DNA of 64,000 nt from the sequence record ON323491.1. One strand, 5' to 3'. The notes beneath the pieces are model-generated. The model was not told the origin of the DNA. It did no database searches and was given only the letters and a program-made list of their open reading frames with translations. Each line of letters begins with the position of its first letter. Position 1 is the first letter of the stretch. Shown piece by piece: positions 8,313 to 17,497 of this stretch. The DNA comes from Acinetobacter phage vB_AbaS_TCUP2199. A program made the position numbers and the translations under genes.

Positions 8313-9910
8313 TGGCTGATAAGAATTTATTTATCGAAATTATCTGGGACCCTTCCCCTATTGCTGTCACTGAAAAAATTGCACGTCAAACATTGGTGGT
8401 TGAATTACCAATTGGCGTGATGCTTGGAGGTGGCGGTGGAGGTGGCTCAGGTGGTGACTACATTCCAACAAGTGAAAAAGGCCAAGCTGGTGGGGTGGCT
8501 GAGTTAGATAGCACTGGTAAAGTGCCAGCTTCTCAATTACCAGCAGCACAAACGGGCGACTTTATTCCTAAATCGGAAAAGGGCCAGCCTTTAGGTGTGG
8601 CAACACTTGCCGAAGATGGTTTGGTAGATTGGCGACAATTACCAGCAGGGCCAGACCTGAGTGGTTTTATCATGACTTGGCAAATGGGTCAGCCCAACGG
8701 TGTGGCTACATTAGATAGCAGCGGTTTATTAGCAGCTTATCAATTGCCAGCTTTAGATTTTATCCCGACAAGCGCCATTGGTCAGCCTTGGGGCATTCCT
8801 CAGCTAAATAGTGAGGGTAAAGTTCTTAGCTCAATGTTGCCGCCTTTTCCAGACTTGGATTTTATCCCTATGTCTTATAAAGGGCAAAATGGTGGGGTAG
8901 CTGAACTGGACTTCACTGGTAAAGTACCAACTGAACAAATTAATTTCCCAGTAACCATGGTAAATGGTAAGACTGGTAATTTGACTTTGGTAGCTGCTGA
9001 CGTTAATGCTGACCCAGTTGGAACTGCGGCCACATTATCGGCTCAAGCAAAAAACCAAGCAGTTGCACAAGTTCATGCTGAAATTGATGGTACATTATCT
9101 AACTTGCAAAACAACAAATTGGATAAGGTTGATTATGTTCAACATTTCCGAGGGTTGTTTTCAAGCTATGCAGCTTTAACAGCAGCATTACCAACGGCAT
9201 CAGTTGGTGACTATGCACATATTGACAGCGGCTCAGGCTTTGACCGTCTCTCAGCGATTTGGGATAACGACGACAATAAATGGGTTGTGAATCAGGTAAA
9301 TGTTGCACATAACACCGATGAAATGCCAGAAGGTAGTAACAACCTTTATTTCACTGGTGCTAGAACACGTGCTGTACCATTAACTGGACTTATTATTCCA
9401 AATAATAAATCTCCTATTGTTGAGAGTGATACAATTTTGCAGGCTTTAGGTAAGCTGCAAGGCAGTATTAACAATTCAGCAAGCGCTGGTACAGATGCAG
9501 TGTGGGTAGATTCAAAAACTGTCGGGAATTGGGATGCTCAAATGTATACAGACCAATTTACTCGACTTGAGTTTGCTAGATGGCAAGGCTGTCTTTGGGT
9601 ACGTGGTTGGATGTTTTTAAAGAACATCACAAGCACCACATACCCTTTTGAATTTACCAATCCTAAATATAAAATTATCAACCCATTCAACCCTAATACG
9701 GAACATGCATGGATTGAAGCTTTTTATTCAGGAAACGCCAATGGGTCGCAAACCCAAATGGTATCCTTTTTCTCAGGCGGTGTTATTAACAACGCAGCAA
9801 CAGCAGCATCTGTTCAGCAAAGGATTCGTGGCGTAATTGCAATACCACCAGCGGGAATCCTGATGTTTGTAAGGGCACAAGCGCTAGGAATACTTGCCGA
9901 CCCAAGCTAA
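8312..9910 (+). CDS. Tail-fibre-like protein: poly-Gly tract followed by five ~30-aa repeats (FIPxSEKGQxxGVAxLDxxGKVPxxQLP) and a VNGKTGNLTLVAADV motif
   Basis: The repeat architecture is read directly from the sequence and resembles the phage tail-fibre repeat family. 532 aa. Confidence 0.65.
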   Translation: MADKNLFIEIIWDPSPIAVTEKIARQTLVVELPIGVMLGGGGGGGSGGDYIPTSEKGQAGGVAELDSTGKVPASQLPAAQTGDFIPKSEKGQPLGVATLAEDGLVDWRQLPAGPDLSGFIMTWQMGQPNGVATLDSSGLLAAYQLPALDFIPTSAIGQPWGIPQLNSEGKVLSSMLPPFPDLDFIPMSYKGQNGGVAELDFTGKVPTEQINFPVTMVNGKTGNLTLVAADVNADPVGTAATLSAQAKNQAVAQVHAEIDGTLSNLQNNKLDKVDYVQHFRGLFSSYAALTAALPTASVGDYAHIDSGSGFDRLSAIWDNDDNKWVVNQVNVAHNTDEMPEGSNNLYFTGARTRAVPLTGLIIPNNKSPIVESDTILQALGKLQGSINNSASAGTDAVWVDSKTVGNWDAQMYTDQFTRLEFARWQGCLWVRGWMFLKNITSTTYPFEFTNPKYKIINPFNPNTEHAWIEAFYSGNANGSQTQMVSFFSGGVINNAATAASVQQRIRGVIAIPPAGILMFVRAQALGILADPS

Positions 9911-9978
9911 TTTTTGGGTAGATAAAACCAAGGACCACCAAAACGGTGGTCCTTTTAACAGCTTTAAGGAGCTAAAAA

Positions 9979-10296
9979 ATGGCACAAACGCAAGGCGATT
10001 CACGACTTGATGATCAGGCAAAAGCATTAAAAGTTTTGCTTAATCAGGGCGTTTTCTTGGTTCATAAATATAGACCATGTGAAAAGCACTTACTTGGATT
10101 GATGAACCGATTAAAAAACCAAGGGCTTGTCACCATCACGAAGGAAGGCCGAACCAACCTGAAAGTACAACGGAAGGTAAAGCCAAGTGTAATGGTTGAG
10201 AAGCTGGTCAAGAATGAAAAATTCCATGAAGTTTATCTCCGTATGGTAAACAGTCCACGCAAAGGTACTTTACATAGTAACTTTGGAATTGAATAG
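9979..10296 (+). CDS. Hypothetical protein, possibly winged-helix DNA-binding
   Basis: Listed ORF; AGGAG RBS. The wHTH call is weak. Confidence 0.45.
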   Translation: MAQTQGDSRLDDQAKALKVLLNQGVFLVHKYRPCEKHLLGLMNRLKNQGLVTITKEGRTNLKVQRKVKPSVMVEKLVKNEKFHEVYLRMVNSPRKGTLHSNFGIE

Positions 10297-10317
10297 GCAA
10301 TTAGAGAGGTAATAGAC

Positions 10318-10830
10318 ATGATTCGTACAGACTTATTAGAAACTCTAAAAGAGTTCTTGAAAACTTTGCCGCGTGAAAAATTCGACTTGGATAGCTGGCG
10401 TGAAGGTCCATATTGGTCTGACGCAGTAACCGATGAAGCTTTAAAAAATGATTGTGGTACAAAAGGCTGCGCCATGGGCTGGGCAGCAACTTTGCCAGAG
10501 TTCAAAGAAGCTGGCCTAAGTTACACCCAAGGTCATATTCGATATGTAAATCCAGATGATGGAAAAGGACTAAATTGGGGCTTTGGTGCCTGTAAAAATA
10601 TATTTGGATTTAATCATTCAAATACATCAAAGGTTTTATTTTTAAAACGAAATTACGTTGATAACTGTGAAAAGTATGTGGAAGCACAAGCTGTTGTCCG
10701 TCGTATTGAATATCTATTGAAATTGGCAGAACTTCCAGAAGGTGCGGAAATGTCTGAGTCAGACAAAAACAATCATCACTTGAAAGCAGAAGTCCAGTTG
10801 ATTATGGATGTTGAACACAATCGTATTTAG
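10318..10830 (+). CDS. Hypothetical protein, paralog A of a tandem pair (MIRTDLLETLKEFLK...DCGTKGCAMGWAATLPEF)
   Basis: Shares ~45% identity with 10840-11367. The first 46 nt of the two genes differ at one position. Confidence 0.6.
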   Translation: MIRTDLLETLKEFLKTLPREKFDLDSWREGPYWSDAVTDEALKNDCGTKGCAMGWAATLPEFKEAGLSYTQGHIRYVNPDDGKGLNWGFGACKNIFGFNHSNTSKVLFLKRNYVDNCEKYVEAQAVVRRIEYLLKLAELPEGAEMSESDKNNHHLKAEVQLIMDVEHNRI

Positions 10831-10839
10831 GAGATAGGC

Positions 10840-11367
10840 ATGATTCGTACAGATTTATTAGAAACTCTAAAAGAGTTCTTGAAAAGTATTCCAGACGAGC
10901 GCTTCAACCTACTGTTCTGGCGTAAAGGTTCAGTTGAGTCAGGAATGTATATTAGCGATTTAGACTTGCATACCGATTGCGGGACCTCAGCCTGTGCAAT
11001 GGGTTGGGCAGCAGCTTTACCTGAATTTCGCCTAGCTGGTTTAAGTTTTGAAGGTTCAAGTATCGTTTTACGAAACAAAGATGGTGATTTTCTCTATGAC
11101 GACTTCTATGCCGTTAAAGAGGTATTTGTTTTTAGAGATTTCGATGTTGGAAATTGCCTTTTTTCTAATGCTTATTACACAGAGGATGATGATTGTGAAA
11201 AGAACATTGTCAAGCCTGAACGTGTGATTAGCCGAATCGAAAAGCTATTGGCGTTATTGGAAATACCAGAAGGTAAAACTCTCAGCAGTCGGAGACTTGC
11301 AAATTGGGAAGCTGGGGCTGAGCAAGAGTTTATTCGCTGTTGCTCAATGAATCCGACCACATATTAA
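10840..11367 (+). CDS. Hypothetical protein, paralog B of the tandem pair
   Basis: AGGAGATAGGC-ATG start. N-terminus matches paralog A. Confidence 0.6.
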   Translation: MIRTDLLETLKEFLKSIPDERFNLLFWRKGSVESGMYISDLDLHTDCGTSACAMGWAAALPEFRLAGLSFEGSSIVLRNKDGDFLYDDFYAVKEVFVFRDFDVGNCLFSNAYYTEDDDCEKNIVKPERVISRIEKLLALLEIPEGKTLSSRRLANWEAGAEQEFIRCCSMNPTTY

Positions 11368-11376
11368 GGTGAAGAC

Positions 11377-11871
11377 ATGAAAAAACATGAACGCATTTTG
11401 CACTACATCACCATGATGTTAGGTGACCAGCGCCTTAGTCTGGTAAATATCTGCCATTTAAGTCAGGAAAAGCTGATTAAATTCTCGGTTGAATTTGAAC
11501 ATAAGCACATCTGTAGTATTGAAATTGAGGAAAGTTATGACTCAATTCCAGAAGCAGTGTTCAAAATTTACTGTAACCACCCTATTCGTAAAGTTCAGGA
11601 CTTGGGTTACGAAATCCGCATTAACACTTTGCCAGAACAGCCAGTTGCGTGGATTCATGGCACAGTGGCACCAAAGCGTTATTTCCCATGGGTACGAATG
11701 AGCGTAGAAGCTGCACGTGAAATTATTCAATCGTTTAGTGTGCAAATCACGGACAGCAAACGCCTAGATTACGTCAGTGATTTCAAGTATAACGATTTGT
11801 TCCGTTTTATCTTGCGGGACGACCCACGTGACCCTTACCTACCAGACGAAGATTGGATGGATGAAGAATGA
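11377..11871 (+). CDS. Hypothetical protein
   Basis: Listed ORF. Confidence 0.55.
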   Translation: MKKHERILHYITMMLGDQRLSLVNICHLSQEKLIKFSVEFEHKHICSIEIEESYDSIPEAVFKIYCNHPIRKVQDLGYEIRINTLPEQPVAWIHGTVAPKRYFPWVRMSVEAAREIIQSFSVQITDSKRLDYVSDFKYNDLFRFILRDDPRDPYLPDEDWMDEE

Positions 11872-12617
11872 CAAAGTATTTTGATAAGCCATTAGGTTTG
11901 ATGCCAGTCAATCCTGAAACCATAGATTTACACAACATGTATCGGGCACGTCAGATGTTCGACCTGATTGGCAATCAAAATTCTAGTGCATCTTTCTCCC
12001 TGTTCTGGTTGATGATGGTACGAGAAAGTTACCGTATAGCCTGCATTGAACACCCAAAAAGCAGGCTAAAACGTGCCCAGTACCTGAATAAAGTTTACCC
12101 TCATGGTGTGAGCATATATCGGAACCCAAGCAGATTTCTACGCTGGTATTTGTCCCGTAACAATGATTTGTTGATGGGCGACCCGACAGGTAATTATTAC
12201 CTGCCAGTCAATACTAACGACCAAAAACTTGAGCTGATACCGCACCCATTTCCTAACGCCTTGGCCGACAGATTCACCTTATCCGTGCTACGGTATCTAA
12301 ACAAGATGCCAAAAGTGCGGTACGTGAGGAAGGAAGCTGGCTATGGTTATGTTGAATTACTCAGACCAACATTTGTTTATCTGGACCAAGACGGTAAGGT
12401 CCAGCGTCATAATTTTGACGAAAGTAGATACCGTGATCGCAGCTCTAAACGAACCAGTGAGCTGAAAGTGAAATTGACAGGTTATTTGACTGAATGGGAA
12501 ATTAGAGAATACTTGTTGACCGAACTAAAAATTTACATCAAGTACCATCGTGAAACTATGGATGACCGATGGTACAGATTTTTACAACAACACCCGCTGG
12601 TTAGCGGAAACATATAG
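11868..12617 (+). CDS. Hypothetical protein
   Basis: Listed ORF; ATGA overlap. Confidence 0.55.
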   Translation: MTKYFDKPLGLMPVNPETIDLHNMYRARQMFDLIGNQNSSASFSLFWLMMVRESYRIACIEHPKSRLKRAQYLNKVYPHGVSIYRNPSRFLRWYLSRNNDLLMGDPTGNYYLPVNTNDQKLELIPHPFPNALADRFTLSVLRYLNKMPKVRYVRKEAGYGYVELLRPTFVYLDQDGKVQRHNFDESRYRDRSSKRTSELKVKLTGYLTEWEIREYLLTELKIYIKYHRETMDDRWYRFLQQHPLVSGNI

Positions 12618-12627
12618 TGAGTTAAAT

Positions 12628-13167
12628 ATGAACTTAGTTAATTTGAGAAGTGGCGACTACATTACTTTAGCGTGTGGCTTAGGCTTTGTCGTAACAAGTA
12701 CCCGTGTAAAGGGTGACACCGTAGCCATTGAAATGGTCCGCAAGGATTTAAAAAATGGCGGTCAGGTTCATAAAACCATGACTGTAACAACCGATGGTTA
12801 TTTCAGCCCGACAAAAGAACCAACTGGTTTTGATGTGGTCCGTGTCTCAACTACTGACCGAGACATTACCTTCACCGAAGCTGGTAATTATGGCAAAAGC
12901 GCGGGTGTAGATTTGCATAAACTGTATATGGCAAATGACCCGAACATTTTCCAATACAAAGTCCGTACCCGCAACAATTACTGGTCAAACGTAATTGACG
13001 TAATGTGTGAAGGTGATATTTACACATTGAAAGTGGACCAGATCAATGGTGGTGCTGACAGTATTAAATACACCCAGTATCGTCGTAATGGTACAACAGT
13101 CCGAGCGCATGAAAGTGATGGTACTTTCTATGATGCATTTGAAATCATTGAGGTCCAAGGGCTATGA
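12628..13167 (+). CDS. Hypothetical protein
   Basis: Trimmed from listed ORF 12550-13167 to the ATG after the upstream stop. Confidence 0.5.
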   Translation: MNLVNLRSGDYITLACGLGFVVTSTRVKGDTVAIEMVRKDLKNGGQVHKTMTVTTDGYFSPTKEPTGFDVVRVSTTDRDITFTEAGNYGKSAGVDLHKLYMANDPNIFQYKVRTRNNYWSNVIDVMCEGDIYTLKVDQINGGADSIKYTQYRRNGTTVRAHESDGTFYDAFEIIEVQGL

Positions 13168-13427
13168 GTAACAAACCAACGATTTTTGGAAAATACCCAG
13201 TCAAGGATGCTTTAAGCATGATTGACGAAGGCATTATTGATGAGTTCGTTTGGCCTGTCCCGAATCAAAAAGAAGCGGTGTATTTTCGCAATTACATTAC
13301 CCAAACTGCTCTCAAGTATGAAGGGTTAAAGCTAAAAACCAACATTGTTAAAGCTATCATTGACGAATCAGTGGTCCGTTATGTTCATATACAACGCGCT
13401 GATATTGCCGAAGAAGCTGAGGAATAA
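13164..13427 (+). CDS. Hypothetical protein
   Basis: Listed ORF; ATGA overlap. Confidence 0.5.
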   Translation: MSNKPTIFGKYPVKDALSMIDEGIIDEFVWPVPNQKEAVYFRNYITQTALKYEGLKLKTNIVKAIIDESVVRYVHIQRADIAEEAEE

Positions 13428-13429
13428 TC

Positions 13430-13858
13430 ATGAATAGTACATTCATCCGCGCATATCCAATTTCAACACTTATTCAAGTGCTGGATTCTGAAAAAGTAAA
13501 TAAAGCTATAGCCGAATGGTTGAAACACGCTACCCACGGCCAGCAGCGCAGTGCCAGTATTAACAATATGTTGTTTACAATTAAGTATTTAAAGCAACAT
13601 TTTGAAGCTAACACAGGTGGTACAAAACCATTAGCAACCATGGCCGATAAGCACAAGGAAATGATTATAGATTTCTATCGTGAATTATTGGATGTGAATG
13701 CCAGTCAATTTCAATTTAGTTCAGGGCAAAGCTTTTTAGGCATGATACGAACTATTTCAGATGAAGCTGAACTAATTGAAGAAAATAAAAAGGCAACTGA
13801 ACCCCGTGTTGATGACCGTCCTGAAAAAGTACGTGGCCCAGCAAACACCAGTGGCTAA
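13430..13858 (+). CDS. Hypothetical protein
   Basis: Listed ORF. Confidence 0.5.
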   Translation: MNSTFIRAYPISTLIQVLDSEKVNKAIAEWLKHATHGQQRSASINNMLFTIKYLKQHFEANTGGTKPLATMADKHKEMIIDFYRELLDVNASQFQFSSGQSFLGMIRTISDEAELIEENKKATEPRVDDRPEKVRGPANTSG

Positions 13859-13868
13859 CTAAATCGAG

Positions 13869-14183
13869 GTGAGTATGTTATCTAAAAAGTATATGCACCT
13901 CTACTTTCCCATTGATTGGAATAATGCGAATAGTAGGGGCGTGGCTTACCATGTTGGTTGTAGCCATGAATCTATTGTCAACACTATCCGAACCAACCAC
14001 CTTGATCATTGGAAGGAAACAATAACCCACACAACACAGAATGGTAAAACATTCAGCGTGGAAGTCCTGAAAATGAAACGTATCAATTGGGTGTTACTTC
14101 TTTTGATGCGTAAAAATCCTTCAAAACTGAAAATTATTGATCAGTTGCAGAAGGGTGTACCCCTTAATAATGTCGAACTATAG
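13869..14183 (+). CDS. Hypothetical protein
   Basis: Listed ORF (GTG start; ATG at 13875 also possible); GAGGTGAG RBS. Confidence 0.5.
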   Translation: MSMLSKKYMHLYFPIDWNNANSRGVAYHVGCSHESIVNTIRTNHLDHWKETITHTTQNGKTFSVEVLKMKRINWVLLLLMRKNPSKLKIIDQLQKGVPLNNVEL

Positions 14184-14194
14184 GCAGATTAGAT

Positions 14195-14734
14195 ATGAAC
14201 GAATTTAACCAAGCGCAAGCTGTTGAAGCTATCCGTAATGCTGAAATTTTTAAAGACTTTGCCATTGCAACTGTCATTACCAACAAAGGTAATGAAATCC
14301 ACCTGTATATTTCTCAAGAGTTATACAAGCTGTATGCTGATGAAATTACAGAAAACGGTGGTGAAGTAAATGGTATGGGATTGCATAATCGTTTTATGCA
14401 TCTGGAAGCACCTAACACACCAATGGTTCAAGATGGTAAAGTGATGTACATGTATAATGGAAATTATGCTGTAGGTTCAATAAAACGTGTACGTCACCCA
14501 GCTTTTTGGACTGCAGAACACCCAAATGAAAAACCATTAGGTTTTGTATTGGGTATTGTAGCGGTACAAGAGGAATGTTTACAGGCTAGACAAAAAGTTA
14601 TTGAGCTTGAACAAAGTGTTAAGTTGGCAATTACCAAGGCTGAGCGTCGCCAAAACTTTGAAACGTATGCAGCAATTCCAGAGCTGCATGATTTAGTACA
14701 ATCGTATGACTTAGACAAAGATTTATTTAAATAA
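14195..14734 (+). CDS. Hypothetical protein
   Basis: Listed ORF. Confidence 0.55.
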   Translation: MNEFNQAQAVEAIRNAEIFKDFAIATVITNKGNEIHLYISQELYKLYADEITENGGEVNGMGLHNRFMHLEAPNTPMVQDGKVMYMYNGNYAVGSIKRVRHPAFWTAEHPNEKPLGFVLGIVAVQEECLQARQKVIELEQSVKLAITKAERRQNFETYAAIPELHDLVQSYDLDKDLFK

Positions 14735-14779
14735 TAAGTCTTTGATTATTTTTAATTTTTTAATTAGTGAGTAAGTAAA

Positions 14780-15340
14780 ATGAACACCAATATCGAAACT
14801 TTTTTAGAGTTCCAAACAAGCGTATCACGTGGTGCCGACACCTATGGCTATAACATCGTTCGTCTAGTTGACACCCACTATAACGGCAAAGCTTATAAGT
14901 GCATGGGCGGTGGCTATGACATGCACGGAACCAATCTCGGTCACTGGTTGCAAGACATTATCAAGGAAAATGGCGTATTACTTGAAGCCTTTGCCGAAGA
15001 TATTGCAAGCTATGTGAAAAAGGAAAAAGAAATTCCTTATGGCTTAAACTTCAATCGTGAAGCCAAAATGCGTGACGAAAAAACAGGTAAGCTTATTGTT
15101 GACAATATTACCAGACTTAAAAAAGCCATTCGTTCTAAACAATGGTCTTTGGATGGCGGTTGTGGTCAAAGCTGTATGAAGGACATTGCCCGTATCATTG
15201 GTATTGAAATTAAAGATCAGTATCAACGTGCAAAACGTAAAGGCCAGTATGATAAATACTTGGGTAGTAACGTTTATCTCACACCAAAAAACACATACCG
15301 TAAGTTATGTGCAAAAGCTGGGGTGACCTTGTATGTGTGA
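14780..15340 (+). CDS. Hypothetical protein
   Basis: Listed ORF. Confidence 0.55.
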   Translation: MNTNIETFLEFQTSVSRGADTYGYNIVRLVDTHYNGKAYKCMGGGYDMHGTNLGHWLQDIIKENGVLLEAFAEDIASYVKKEKEIPYGLNFNREAKMRDEKTGKLIVDNITRLKKAIRSKQWSLDGGCGQSCMKDIARIIGIEIKDQYQRAKRKGQYDKYLGSNVYLTPKNTYRKLCAKAGVTLYV

Positions 15341-15515
15341 AGAATCTCAATGTGAGAGGGCAGACCCAGACAACGGCAATCGTACATGCTTTGAGTTATA
15401 CAATTGCTGCAACTGTGGTGTTACCCTTGAAGATAGAGAGAAAGGTGGCGGCTGTATGTGCCGCTACTGTTTTTCTTGTAATGCTTGTGAGCATTGTTTG
15501 AATGAGGACGAATAG
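15333..15515 (+). CDS. Cys-rich miniprotein (12 Cys in 60 aa; CxxC and CC pairs), possible Zn-binding
   Basis: ATGTGTGA start overlaps the upstream stop. Its end abuts the next gene start at 15502. Confidence 0.45.
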   Translation: MCEESQCERADPDNGNRTCFELYNCCNCGVTLEDREKGGGCMCRYCFSCNACEHCLNEDE

Positions 15516-15939
15516 CATGTCAGATTGTTTTGAAGAAAAATGGCGAATCCATAAAGAGCCAAAGCTTGAAGAATTAGAACGCATACTTAATGCTAATTCT
15601 GAATCTTATGAAGCATTGGCTAAACAAGCTCATGAAGGTTCAGCAAAGATGGAAGCCTTTGCTGAAAATCTGGAACGTTCTAAACGTACAGTTCATAAGG
15701 GCCGTAATGTTGGCCGAAGCATAGCATTTGTTGGTAGCCCAAATGTAGCTCATTGGCTAAACATCGCCATGGAAAAGGGCCTGCATGTTAAGGTTACCAA
15801 TGATTTAGAAAATGAATCCTTAGAGCTTAGTGCTGTACGGAAGGAAACATTAACCCGTGCTGACTTTCCAAGTCGGCAAGCGTGGAGAGCGCATTGCCGT
15901 GAACTTGCAAAGCAGCAGTCAAAGGAAATGTATAAATGA
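15502..15939 (+). CDS. Hypothetical protein
   Basis: Listed ORF. Confidence 0.5.
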   Translation: MRTNSMSDCFEEKWRIHKEPKLEELERILNANSESYEALAKQAHEGSAKMEAFAENLERSKRTVHKGRNVGRSIAFVGSPNVAHWLNIAMEKGLHVKVTNDLENESLELSAVRKETLTRADFPSRQAWRAHCRELAKQQSKEMYK

Positions 15940-16292
15940 CCCACAAGTTAAAAGCTGGTGTGCTTTCAGTTGAAAAACTGAAAGCATACAAGGTAAAGGG
16001 AACCAATCTAGTTTCAATTAAAGTTGAGCAGTTGGGCATCAATTACAATGGTTTAAAAACCCTTTTGTCCCAGTCCTTACAATGGACAAGAGGTCTACAT
16101 GTTCGCCTAAACGAGTGGGATAGCATTGAAATCGACATGGTAGAGGACCACATCAACCACAAGATTGTTGATGTGAATTTCATGATCAAAGGATACGCAA
16201 CGCATCGTGTACTTGGGATTAAGGTAGTTAATCACAAACCGATTTCCTTTGAATCAGTAAGCATTCATGCGTTGCCAGCAAAAATTAATTAA
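15936..16292 (+). CDS. Hypothetical protein
   Basis: Listed ORF; ATGA overlap. Confidence 0.5.
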   Translation: MTHKLKAGVLSVEKLKAYKVKGTNLVSIKVEQLGINYNGLKTLLSQSLQWTRGLHVRLNEWDSIEIDMVEDHINHKIVDVNFMIKGYATHRVLGIKVVNHKPISFESVSIHALPAKIN

Positions 16293-16311
16293 CTATACAG
16301 GAAACAAAATC

Positions 16312-16917
16312 ATGTCAGAAACAATCCGTGACCAAGCCCTTCGTGCAGCTTTAGCCGTTCTTGATGCAGAAAAACAAATTGCATTCGTAACATTTCGCTA
16401 TTCAGTACCTAAAAACTTTACTGAAAAACCACAAGTTTATCGCGCTAAAGTTACAGCGGACCAAGTGGTACAAATTTTGAATCAGCAAAAGGTGATTCAA
16501 GAATATAAAGAACAGCTTAAAACTCAACCAGTAGGTAAGTCGATTGATAACCTACTTAATCAAAGTTCAATTACGTATCTTGGTGAAGAACCAGAAGGGC
16601 CAAAGGTATGCCCAGCATTCATCTTTGGTACTTTAATTGGTGACAACAATATCCCTAGTGTTGTTGAAATTTTATCAATCTTTGGATACGAGCAACTGGC
16701 TGGTATTGAAGTTCCTTTAGAAAATTTAAAGTATCTTCATTCAATCTTACCATTGCACACTGAAAACGATGCGGATAAAAAAGAAGCAGAAGTTGTCAAC
16801 GTCATCTCTAAAAAGTTGAAAGAGCAGTTTGGTACGAGTTATGCACGAAGCTTACTTGGTGATGATGGGTATGCTGACGTGATAAAAACTCTTAACCCAC
16901 CAGTTGACAAAGACTAA
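16312..16917 (+). CDS. Hypothetical protein
   Basis: Trimmed to the ATG after CAGGAAACAAAATC. Terminator downstream. Confidence 0.55.
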   Translation: MSETIRDQALRAALAVLDAEKQIAFVTFRYSVPKNFTEKPQVYRAKVTADQVVQILNQQKVIQEYKEQLKTQPVGKSIDNLLNQSSITYLGEEPEGPKVCPAFIFGTLIGDNNIPSVVEILSIFGYEQLAGIEVPLENLKYLHSILPLHTENDADKKEAEVVNVISKKLKEQFGTSYARSLLGDDGYADVIKTLNPPVDKD

Positions 16918-16942
16918 ATTAATCTGTAGTTTTTGAATCTAT

Positions 16943-16990
16943 ACCCAAGTTTGACTATGTCCATGCCGCAGTCAAACTTGGGTTTGTTGT
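16943..16990 (+). terminator. Intrinsic terminator: 14-bp perfect stem ACCCAAGTTTGACT/AGTCAAACTTGGGT followed by a T-rich tail
   Basis: Read from the sequence. Confidence 0.6.
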
Positions 16991-17030
16991 AGGCGGCATA
17001 AAATTAACCAAAGAGTAGAGGATGACAATT

Positions 17031-17444
17031 ATGTCAAACACAAACACACCAATTCCAAAAGCAAATGATGACACCGATTTAGGTGATTTTTTTAACTCTT
17101 TAGCTGGCGGTGTACAACGCCAAATCATTCAAAAAGTAATGTCTAGCGTAGCTAAAGGCGTACTTCAACATGGTTCAAAAGGTAAAACTGGTGAAGTTCA
17201 CATTAAGTTGAAATTTGCTCGTTTATCTGACGACACTGTTGAACAAGGTGCAGTAAAAATCACCTCAGAAGTATTCTTTGCTGCGCCAACCCAACGCGGT
17301 AAAAAGAATGAAACAGAAAGCCGTGAATCGGTAATGTACATGTCAAGCCAAGGCTTAACAGACGCACCACCGAAAAAACTTGACGAAGAACAACATAGCC
17401 AGTCAGGTATGCCAGTGCCAAAGACGGGAACTTACGCTAGTTAA
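17031..17444 (+). CDS. Hypothetical protein; a one-gene transcription unit bracketed by terminators
   Basis: GAGG lies 9 nt upstream of ATG 17031; terminator hairpins on both sides. Confidence 0.55.
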   Translation: MSNTNTPIPKANDDTDLGDFFNSLAGGVQRQIIQKVMSSVAKGVLQHGSKGKTGEVHIKLKFARLSDDTVEQGAVKITSEVFFAAPTQRGKKNETESRESVMYMSSQGLTDAPPKKLDEEQHSQSGMPVPKTGTYAS

Positions 17445-17460
17445 TCTAGCGTAGTTTTTA
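17433..17460 (+). terminator. Intrinsic terminator TACGCTAG-ttaat-CTAGCGTA followed by GTTTTT
   Basis: Read from the sequence; the gene's stop codon sits in the loop. Confidence 0.55.
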
Positions 17461-17497
17461 ACTTAACCTTAACCAAAACCTTTAGAGTAAATATCAC

